From NCBI RefSeq assembly GCF_001194135.2, contig NC_068993.1, positions 49,950,657 to 50,014,656 of the forward strand: a stretch of 64,000 bases of DNA, written 5' to 3'. A program made the translations under genes and the position numbers. The stretch's first letter is position 1; each line of letters begins with the position of its first letter. Source of the stretch: Octopus bimaculoides (lineage: Eukaryota). Below, in pieces: positions 53,587 to 64,000 of this stretch. The notes under the pieces were generated by a model. It was not told the origin of the DNA, ran no database searches, and saw only the letters and a list, made by a program, of their open reading frames with translations.

Positions 53587-54129
53587 TTAATCTACTACCA
53601 GCTGATAGAGATAAGCATCAAAATTTGTTTCATTATTTCATTTATGTCAGTAAGTTATTGGTTTGGTTTTATGTCACTCATCTGTTTCTCATTGAGATTT
53701 CATTTCATTTTTATATTTGTATATTTGTTAATAAGGCGAGGGAATGAGGGCTTAGGTTTCAAATTCTTCTATCTGACATTTGCTCTAATGATACTTGTAT
53801 TAATTTATTTAGTAATAAAGTTTTGACATGATGTATAAGAAATATGACTATTAGATTATTTTTATTGTAGGAATTAATGAAATTAATTCCTGTTTCCTAT
53901 AGAATATGCTTTTGAATTGCCACCTCAGTCGACCAAAAAGTTTCTACCTTAGTTAACTAAAAACATTGCCAGGTCAGTCAGTTATGTCTTCTAATGTTTC
54001 CGTTTCCATCTAGTAAGCTTTCTAATGTTATCGGTACCATCTACTAACTAATGAAGAAGTTTTTATTTTAAACAAAATAGGATATGTTGGACATTGTAGT
54101 CACCAATTTAAAAATTTTTTTTTTATATT

Positions 54130-54430
54130 TATTATTTTCTAAAGTAGTTATCAACTAGGTTTTCTAAAGTTGCTAACAACCTTTGTCACCTCCTTTTTTG
54201 AAGTTGCTACTCCCTCTAATAAATTTTTGTAATGCCTGGCCTCTAACTTTCATGTATTTGCCAGCCCTATCTCTTACATTTTCTGAAATTACCAGATCCA
54301 ACTATTAACTTTTCTAAAGTGTTATGTTTTGTAAAGTTATCAGTTCCAACAGTTAAATTACCACTTCCATCTGTTGAGTTTTCTTAAGTTGTTAGCTCCA
54401 GCTATCAAGTTTTCTAAAATGGTCGGTAGC
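54130..54430. repeat. Degenerate tandem repeat built on ttttctaaag
   Basis: ttttctaaag / ttttctgaaa / ttttctaaaa recur about six times. Confidence 0.55.
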
Positions 54431-56234
54431 ATCTTTCATTCTTTGACTCTTATCTGCTAAAGAGCTTTTGGTTCTTTCCATAAAATCACTTGCAAATATA
54501 TAATATTTGATGATAGTTACAAATAAATGTAAGAGACAAGGAGGTTGATAGATCTTGGTGTGAATATTATACTTGTTTATCATGCTTACATCATCACACT
54601 AAGAAATAGACGAAATTCTTGTTTTTTTTTTCTTTGTGCATTTCTTTTTTCCTCCTTTTCTTCCAGTTGTTCTGAGATTGTCATTTCCCAAGAAATGATT
54701 TCTCTGATTTTATCAGTAACCAACTAATGAGTCTTCATGAGATTCTGGTTGGACAAAGAATTTGAATTTTCTATGAGGATATGTGTGTGGGTAAGGTACA
54801 TGGATAGCTCAGTGGAGAGATATCAAGTGCTAGCAGTTATAAGTCTATGAAGTAGTTGAAGAGAAGGTAGGTCTAAATTAACAAAAATCTTTAGGTGATG
54901 TTTGTGAGCAGAACATTGTAGGAGTGTATGTTGGGAGGGGATATGTTGGAGTAGCATTGCTTTGACAATGACACGATAGAAGTCAATGAGGCTAGATGTT
55001 GAAGGAAGGAGTAGTTTTTAAGTTGACAAGTTTCTGTCTGATGGTCTGGATGACATGTACAAAGCTTGTTCTTTATTTGTAGATTCTTTTGAATAGTTTT
55101 AAAAATCAGTTCTGGATCACAGATGGAGTCTATTCTGACAAATCAGCTCTTGACAGACAATTGGGATTTTGGCAGTATGTATGGCCTTAGAACAGAAGAA
55201 ATACCCCCTCCTCCTACTTACACATACTACCTGCATTCTTCCCTTCTGTTTCCCTCTCTGCATTTCTCACTCCTCTCTCTCTCTCTCTCTCTCTTCCCTT
55301 CTCTCTCTCTCTCTCATGTACTCATCTTTTGGATCACTTGAGAAGAGCAGAAGAAAAGCTAGCAACGATGGGAGCTTGAAAGTGAGCGTTAGACTGTGCA
55401 CTGCTCTCCGTTGAGAAGTAAAGGAGGTGGCTTTAGGTTTATGGGAGGAGTGGGTAGAGGATTCTTGAGAGAGAACAAAACGAAGTCAGTCAGGAAGCTT
55501 TTGATGTCATATCAGCAGTGGAAAGGCAACCACTTTAGTTCCACGGTCTGTGACCAATTACCAATATTTTCAAGATTTTTCGAAACTATCTTTAATCTTT
55601 TCAATGCATATGGGCACAAACATACTCATGTTCCAGTGAAGAAGGCAAAGACATCGCCCCACTTCTTTGCTTACTCCCTTCTACCTTATTTTCTCTTCTT
55701 TCTCCTTTTCTACAGTTAAATTCTAACTTCTCCACATTTCTCTCTCTCTCTCTCTCTTTCTTAATGTCTTATACTCTGTGATTCAATTGGTTTTAAATCT
55801 CATTCTCACAGAACAAAGTTGTTCATCTCTCTTCTTCAGGTTACATATACATATTACATCTACTTGTATTCTGCACAGGCTATGCATATACTCACATTCA
55901 TACATACTAATACATGTGTTTATGTATGCATAATATTATATAGTTATAGATATTAAATATTAAATTATATCTCAAAAGTTTATATATATTAAATTTATAA
56001 GCATTAAAAATGTATATATTTATATAAAAATACTCATTAACCAATACAGTATGAAATATTGACACTTAGTGACTGATAATAATGATATATTAAATATGTA
56101 TATACATATGTATGTGTACATCTATACATGTATGTACACATGCATGTATATATGTTTATGTACATATACATACAAGCATATATTTAAGTGCACACACACA
56201 CCCACACACACACAAAAGCATATATGCATTTGTT

Positions 56235-56271
<37 letters not shown>

Positions 56272-56272
<1 letters not shown>

Positions 56273-56652
56273 CTTTTATTATTTTATTCTTTTACTTGTT
56301 TCAGTCATTTGACTGTGGTCATTCTGCAGCACTGCCTTTAGTTGAACAAATCAACCGCAGGACTTATTCTTTGTAAGCCTAGTACTTATTTTATCAGTCT
56401 CTTTTGCCGAACTGCTAAGTTATGGGGGCATAAACACGCCAATATCAGTTGTCAAGTGATGGTGGTGGAGACAAACACAGAAACACACACACAAATGTAT
56501 ACATATGTATATATATATGACAGGATTCTTTCAGTTTCCCTCTACCAAACCCACTCACAAGGCTTTGGTAAGCCCAAGTCTATAGTAGTAGGACTGAACC
56601 CGGAACTTTGTGGTTGGGAAGTAAGCTTCTTACCACATAGCTACTCCTGTGC
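56272..56652 (-). mobile_element. CORE-type SINE (family B) with internal deletion
   Basis: Aligns to 23703-24076; head cccggaactttgtggttgggaagtaagcttcttaccaca. Confidence 0.9.
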
Positions 56653-57263
56653 CTTGTGGACTACATTACACTTTTAAAAGCCAGAATTGTATTAGATGTC
56701 AAATATTGGGAGACTGACATAGAACACTTATAAACATAGAGCACCAGCAGAGCACTGCTATTCTTTATATTGAAAGGTGCACTCATCTACTGCTGGGCTG
56801 TGTTTACATTCTTATTTTACCCACAGTTAGGTTTTGTAATATATAAATGTATTCTGCTCTTCTGATTTACACTCTGTGGTGCATAAAAATATTTTTTAAT
56901 TAATGATCAGCCTTCAAAAGCACAAATATGCAAATTAGGCTGTTCAGTGTGGTAGCTGCATCTTCAAATTACACCTTACTATAATTAAAAATGAAGAATA
57001 ATAGTGTAGCTTTTGATATTTGGTACAACTGGATAACCATAGTTTGGAAGGCATTTGATCATTGGTTTGCTCAGCCAGGATATGCCTGGAGTTAACCATC
57101 AACCATGCTTATATGAACAGGTTATTGAAATAGGTTTCTGAATATGACTTTTCTTTAAAGATTTGATGCATTTTTGGTTTATGCAAGAGCAGAACTTTGA
57201 AAATACAAAATCTTTGTGAGGGTTTATGTAGATTTGGTAGAAAAGCCTGCTGTTTTAGATGAA

Positions 57264-57304
<41 letters not shown>

Positions 57305-57419
57305 TATCATCTTCACCACCACCATCATCATCATCATCATTATTTAAAATCTGCTTTCTATGATGGCATTAATTTGAGATGGAAAAAAGGAATGGGCTGA
57401 TATACATGAAACTGTCACA

Positions 57420-58095
57420 AACAGATGTTAGGGTCATTTTAATCTTATTGCCTTCAACAGCACAATGACACCGTCATTACACATTTCAATAAAACCTTGT
57501 TTGTAATCTACCTTGAACATAAACAACCAGAATCCTCAAAGACACTACAAATGCTAAGCCTTAGCATCACTGAGGATTTCCACTGTCAAAATCATGTCCC
57601 CAACATAACAAAGACTGACTGTATCACTAAGACTAGCCTTTCTCTTCTGGAATGGAAAATATTTCAGTTCACAATAGTTACACTCTACAGAAAATCAAGT
57701 GAGACTGAAAATGGAATACTGTTCGTATATCTGGGGCAATGCTACTACTACATATAGAGATACCATTGACAACATCCAGGAAAAGGACCATCAAATTGAT
57801 TGACATGAAGCCATTTGCTTACATATTCCAGCCTCAGACTCACATTCTGTCTCCAAATGCTGCTTTTCCTAATGCTACTATAGTAGCTTCTGCTCCTTGG
57901 AGCTGGCTTATTATGTGCCATCTCCACTTAGGTACTCTTATCATTGTCCCTTTCTGACCATACAGTATCCTCACTAGCCAACTTTCCCAGTCCTTCCTTT
58001 TCAGATCACTGATCCTCTACAATACTCTCACTGTCCATGTTTTTCCTGTTGATGTCATCTTCGAGTTGTTTGACAGACACATCAACCGTATTCAT
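57420..58095 (+). mobile_element. CR1/Jockey-type LINE, RT C-terminal region (degraded)
   Basis: LSLSITEDF..QNHV.NI, VTLYRKSSET followed by MEYCSYIWG, IQ.KRTIKLID, collinear with recalled LGL.F..DL.W..HI / LYK..IRP.MEYCSHIWG / LDRV..KA.RLI. Confidence 0.8.
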
Positions 58096-59239
58096 TTCAC
58101 CAGTCTTGTTGCTTCTGCCAGAGCCAAGGGTACAGTCCTTTGCTTCAAAATATACTATAAAGTACATAAGCAAAATTGGGTCCTGTCAGTAGGCCTGTTT
58201 TAATCTTTTGGTCTCAAATCAATTATGAGATCAAATATATATAATTGGTAGTTTACTAACTGTCTGAAGGTTTTTGTTTCCCTATTTCATTTTAGTTCAC
58301 AGCTCTGAATTTAAACAAAAAGAGTATAAGATTGTGTGATGTTCATGCTTTACTTATTTGCATTATTATTAGCTGCATATATGAAATAGAAATGTCCAGT
58401 TGTTAATGAAATCTATGTCATGTCCTTGGCATTCAAGCATTTAACTCCAACTCAATTGATTTTGAAATATTTTCTGAAAGTTTTCAAATGGAATTTTCCA
58501 AGATTTTATGTATTTTTAATGCACTTTTTGGAACAGTGTTTACAAAGTAATTCATTAAGTGTAAAATTAAGACTGATTTAAATGAGTAAACATTTATTTG
58601 ATAGCATAATTTGCACAGACAAAATATTGAAGACAAATTAGATAATCTGTAGAAGAAAAATTTGGAAACTAACATGTTGTAAGCTGTGTATGAATATGTA
58701 TCCATATAAACTTATCTAAATTAAAATTTTAAAATGATCTAATTAGGAATGTTCAAAAATATTAAGAGCAAATTTTGATTAAAATTTTTTTTTTTATGTC
58801 AAAAAAATCAACAGAAACTTTTAACTCGATCAATAATAAAAAAAAAAAATTCAGAAATTTTCTTTAATTTTTCAGAATATTAAAAATAAAATTAAGTTCG
58901 TTTCAAAACTAAATAATTAGTTGAGTTAAATCAAATTGATATCTTCATAATCACTGCACATAATAATAATGACTATGAAAAAGAGCTAAAGAGGTTGGTG
59001 CTACAGAAATATTATAATGTACAAACTGGAATTATTAAGGTTGGGAATATGTTTTATTCTGGAAGCAAATAATTTCTGTCTTAGTTGACTTCACTTTCCA
59101 TCCTTGGACAAGATTGATAAAATGAGTACCAGTCAAATACTGAGGTTGATATAGTTTGTCTTACATCTTTAAAGGTGATGCTCCAGTATGACCGGAAACT
59201 AGTGAAAGAATCATAAAATATAGCCAATGAGAAGAGTGT

Positions 59240-59565
59240 ATCCTCTTTCATTTGTTTCAGTCATTGGACTGAGGCCATACCAAGGAAATGCTTTGAATGG
59301 TTTACTCAAATAGATCAACCTCAGTACTTAATGGCACTTGTCCTATTGTTCTCCTTTTGCTTTACCTAACTGAAAAGGTATGAGGATATAATTAAACCAA
59401 CACACACTCACTCACACACACGCATGCATGGTTGGCTCCTGCACAGTTTCTGTCTATCAAATTCATTCACAAAGAATTGATTCGTTGTGCTGTAAAGTGA
59501 AACTCAACCTGAAACCACAAGGCTGCAAAGCAAAGTTCTTAAGCACACAGCCAAGCTTGTGCATA
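59240..59565 (-). mobile_element. CORE-type SINE (family B), old copy
   Basis: tgtttcagtcattggactgaggccat...gcaaagttcttaagcacacagcca. Confidence 0.7.
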
Positions 59566-60782
59566 TAGCTCTCCAAATCTAATGGTGTACTAAAGTTATG
59601 GCATTAATAAGCACTGGGAATATCAGATCTGCCAATTGAGATTATTAAAAAGACTGAATATCTCAATATTTTATCAGAAATTCATCAAATTAATTCAGAA
59701 ATGCTCCATGAATAATGAAAATTTAGTACCTCATCAGGTTACTGTATTCTGACAGGCTACCTAATTAAGATTAATTAAGTTAACCTTTTCTGCACCTTAC
59801 TTCTAATGAAATACACTGTCTATTTTAAATAATTTTGAAAATAATTAAGAATTTATAGAGATTTAGCAGAGTAAACTAACCTTTACATTTGTTGGTATAT
59901 TAAACCTGATGTTTGGAATGTTAACTAAAGATTGCTAGTTAAAATAATAATGAAAGTATCTTAAATAAGACCACTTTAAAATGAAAAGTGGTTTTTGGTG
60001 ATTTTTTTTCCCCCCAATATTCAGAGATAATTTTCAGCAGTATAAAAAGGGTTTATGAAGAGTTGAAGGAAAAATAAATGTATACTCTGGAACAAGGCAA
60101 TGCAGTCAATTAAATTCTCAGATAGTATCAAAGAAATGCTGGAGAACTGTAGTGAGAAATATGGGAGAATTAAAATACTGTAAATTTATTGATATTAATA
60201 AATAATGAAGAGTAGAACTTAATCGTTAATAGAGACTAAAGAGGGATACACTAAATATTGACTATATTTTATTGTTTATTTCAAATAAATTCATAGCATA
60301 AATTATTCTACTTCTGAACTGTTTCCCAATTGATTTTCAACATCTTTAGCTTTTTTTCTTTTTTTCAAATTGTACTATTATTTAAAATGTTTCCCATAAT
60401 TTTAGTTTCTCCTTAATGTTAGCATCTAACAATGTGTGTGAGTGATATTGTTTTTATGTGTGTGTGCACACGTATTTCTATACCTATGTACATATATGTG
60501 TATGTGGGAGTATGTGTTTGCATGGGCTCTTGTCGAGACATTACATGATGGTTGTCAATCAGCTTCAGTATCGTACAGTGAAGTTGTTCTTTTCTAGTTT
60601 TCAATGAACAATGTCTAGGTATGGAAAGATAGACCCTTGCTTGGAAAAAGGTAAGGGTTGTCAACAGTAATGGTATCCACCTATATAAAATCTGCCTCAA
60701 CAAATTCTGTCTGATCCTTAAAAAAGTATGGTGGTATATGTGAAGTGTATATGTGTGCCTGTGTCAATATATATATGCATAT

Positions 60783-61000
60783 ATCATCATCATCATCATT
60801 TAACATTCATGGTTCTTGCTTGCATGGGTTGGATGGTTTAACCAAGGCTGGCAAACTGGAAGGCTGCACCAAACTCCAGTCTGATTTGGTATGGTTTCTA
60901 CAGCTGGATGCCCTTCCTAATGCCATCCACTCCAAGAGTGTAATGGGTGCTTTTATGCGCCACAGGCTTGGGTACTATTTGTATGACACCAGTATCTGCC
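60783..61000 (-). mobile_element. RTE 3' UTR fragment
   Basis: (CAT)n, gcatgggttggatgg and ctacagctggatgcccttcctaatgcca are the reverse complement of the 12649-13080 tail. Confidence 0.85.
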
Positions 61001-61002
61001 AC

Positions 61003-61058
<56 letters not shown>

Positions 61059-61262
61059 GTATGTATGTATATGAGTGTGTATTCACATACATACATACAT
61101 ATGATGACGATGGTAACATATATGCAGATAGATATATAAATAAATAGATATAAAATGACAGATTGTCAAGTGTTAGAGCAGTAGTCAGAATGCCTCATGG
61201 TATTTGTTCTGATGCTTTGTGACCTAGTTCAAATCATCCCAAGGTTAAATTTGTCTGTCATA

Positions 61263-61309
<47 letters not shown>

Positions 61310-62076
61310 TCTCTCTCACACGCACACACACATACACATAAAGGAATTTTCTACATATGCAAGACCCACTATTTCTTATGACAGCAACTCACACACGCAA
61401 GTGCATACATACATACATACATACACGCATACATGTTTTGTACATATGGATTTATATAGTTGATATCTTATTATTATTATAAAAGCCTGGTCAATCCATT
61501 GTTACTGTGACCTTCAAAAAACTCAGCTTCAAGACCAAACATGTATAATCAGACATGGTATTCCAAGTAAATATCCGTATCACATCTTTCAAAGTGATTT
61601 GTCTTTGGAGACAAGGAGGAAATTCTGTACACTTCTATTTGATGTATTCAGAGCTCCTAAGGAGAGAAAAAAATCCTTTCATGCAAGTATTCTCACAAGT
61701 TATAGGTCTAAAGAAGGTAACTGATATTTAGTTAAAGGATTAAATTTTCCCCTGAAGTGAACCTGTTAATAGGTGAAGAATTAAAACAGAGGATAAGTAT
61801 ATGAATATAAAAGTACAGATTCATAGTCATAAAAAGAAACAAAGTAGCCAGAAGATAAAATAGTAAGAATTTCTGTAGAGTCGAATGTATGTAACACAAG
61901 AAAATATGCACATACGAAATTTTGGCATTGATGCACTCAGCATTGCATACCTGCATAAACACAGTATGTATTTCATGGTGGTTGTGACCAGTTAACTTAT
62001 TGACATGTTTCCATTTACTGAACATTTCAGACTAAACATTTAAATACATCCCTAGCTCCAGCAAACTCTTTAAGTA

Positions 62077-62183
62077 TCAGCCTTTTCTTTGCAGGGTATA
62101 GACTACATCCTTTTCTGCCATTTTTAATATGGTTTTTGATTTTTCAAATATCTTCCAGTTGATGTCGTAGCCTACAGCTTTTC
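62077..62183 (-). CDS. Putative terminal exon (reading frame uncertain)
   Basis: Acceptor gtcttgtttttcacag|G at 62183. Phase 0 gives EKL* (stop 62172-62174); phase 1 gives GKAVGYDINWKIFEKSKTILKMAEKDVVYTLQRKG*. UTR-like unique sequence follows. Confidence 0.4.
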
Positions 62184-63482
62184 CTGTGAAAAACAAGACT
62201 TTACAGATGACCCTTGTTTTAATAATGAATTTATAATTTATTCTGTTCAAAGACATACTCGTATGTTTGTTTTGTTGTTGGATGATGTCCATTGCATGAT
62301 GCCCTTTTTATTTCTAACCATTTTACCGAGTGTACTGAGTACATTTTACCATACAGCCAGTACAAGAAAGATTTTCTCATTTCTAGCACAACTTAGTCTC
62401 TCTCTCTCTCATACACACATTACAAGTGTGTGTGTTTGTGTGTATATGAGGACTCTAACTTCATAAATATTTCTGTTTCAAAAAATTTTTTGCCAGAGTA
62501 TAGTGTACTTGTGTGCACATGTTTACACACACACATGCACACACACACACTATGGAAGACCAAAGTAACTTTATAGGAAATAGAGTTCATTTTTTATAAA
62601 TCTATTTTCAAAATTTTTATTCAACATCAGGAAGTTGAATAATAATGTTCCTTAAAAAACACACACACACATACTACACAGCAACAACCAAAAAATCTCA
62701 AAAAAAAAAGACATTTCACTGTGATGATGTTGATAATGATTTATTTTGAGAGAAAGAGAGAGAGAGAGAGAGAGAGTGAAGGCTAGTGAAGTGGGTGGAG
62801 GGAAGCATTTCTGGCTTTTTGTTGAAAGTTGTTATTAATAAAATTAATAGACAGAAAGTATTAATTGTATAAATAACAACAATCACAACACTAACATAAT
62901 TCATCTTTGTGAATATAATGTAAGGGGAGTGTTTAATACGTGGTTATACACACACACACACACACACACACATAAATACATCAGGTACCTTTTTTGTATA
63001 TGTGATTTCATAGAATTCAGATTTCCACCAAGGAATCACGCATGGATGCATTTTCTTTCTCCACTCCAACAACAACCTGTTTCAAGTACTTATTAACTCT
63101 GCATAACTGAATTCCTTTACACACATTTATTATTTTTTTTAATTGTTTTTTTTTTTGTTTTTTTTTTTTGTGAGGGGGAAGACACTTTTTGGTTGGGTGT
63201 TTAGTCGGTTGGTTTGTGCATCTGGTTAGGTTTGTCCAGTTTCACCTTTATAACCCGCTGGTGAGTCAGCTTTCACTTGCGAACAGTCAATTAATGTAAC
63301 CAGCAATAGTTAACAGCACTTGTAGCAACTACTAATGTTGTCAGCATCGTCATCATCATCATCATCATCATCATCAGTATTAGCAACTTTAGTATCATCA
63401 TAATCATCATTGTCGTCATCTTTATCAACTAAATCATTCTATAAAATGACATTCTATTTGTTCATCTGCACCCCCCACGTAC

Positions 63483-63582
63483 CCAAGGAACGTTAATGGC
63501 TTCAGTCTTACAAGTTCCTCTCGGAAAGCCTGCTCTGTGAAGGCCAATAGACACGGCCCCTTTCCTTCCATTACACCAAAAC
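63483..63582 (-). CDS. Putative 100-nt internal coding exon of an unidentified gene
   Basis: Strong acceptor tttatttctttttctctccttttatag|G and donor TGG|gtacgt. Open frames are FWCNGRKGAVSIGLHRAGFPRGTCKTEAINVPW (ends phase 0) or FGVMEGKGPCLLAFTEQAFREELVRLKPLTFL. The composition is non-repetitive and GC-elevated. Confidence 0.6.
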
Positions 63583-64000
63583 CTATAAAAGGAGAGAAAA
63601 AGAAATAAAATCAAAAATATACAATTACATGGGTCATTATTTCAGCATCACTGATTGGCTGTCTCTCCTTGGTCATTGACTTTTCCAGTTCTTTCAGCAA
63701 TAAAGGAATCAAAAATAATTTCCCTTCTTCCTTTTCTTGCCCACCACACGCTCTTTCAGTGGAGTTTTCTTTGTATAGCCATAGTTGTCTTTCCTGTATT
63801 ATTACCTTATCTATTTAATATATACAATGCACCCACTCACACACACAAACAGGAGGGTTGTTCGACATGTTCTCTTTTTATGCATGAATACAAAAGTAAA
63901 TATTACATACATACATATGGGTATGTGTCAGTGAAGGTTTTCAGCTTCCTCTAAGAGGGAACAAAAGCAGAGAAATTCACCTGTGGGGGAAAATACTCAG

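Noticed and set aside
54730-55150. CR1/L2-like remnant on the minus strand (LDLPSLQL)
   Set aside because: Only one short motif and no collinear support
55330-55720. 107-aa plus-strand ORF in unique sequence
   Set aside because: Non-ATG start, no homology cues and no splice signals

Overview
Eukaryotic, AT-rich, microsatellite-dense genomic DNA with 11 N-gaps. The SINE and LINE families look like those of an octopus/coleoid cephalopod (inference from recalled repeat families, not a database hit). Nearly all ORFs in the supplied track are microsatellite or N-gap artefacts, and no host gene could be named. The window is mostly a transposon graveyard. It holds at least four tRNA-derived SINE families, RTE 3' ends, a CR1/Jockey-type RT fragment, two R4/Dong-type endonuclease ends, a Penelope-like RT, a Ty1/copia RT, a deleted mariner and a piggyBac-like MITE. 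At 13.1-16.7 kb these form a nested stack: a GG-ended, 8-bp-TSD MITE carrying a head-to-head (TTAGGG)3 palindrome sits inside a Penelope RT, and an RTE tail sits at the catalytic DD motif of a copia RT. Two adjacent long foldbacks at 41.2-41.6 kb carry hammerhead-ribozyme-like cores. Two splice-signal-bounded segments at 62.1-63.6 kb (minus strand) may be the last exons of an unidentified gene.
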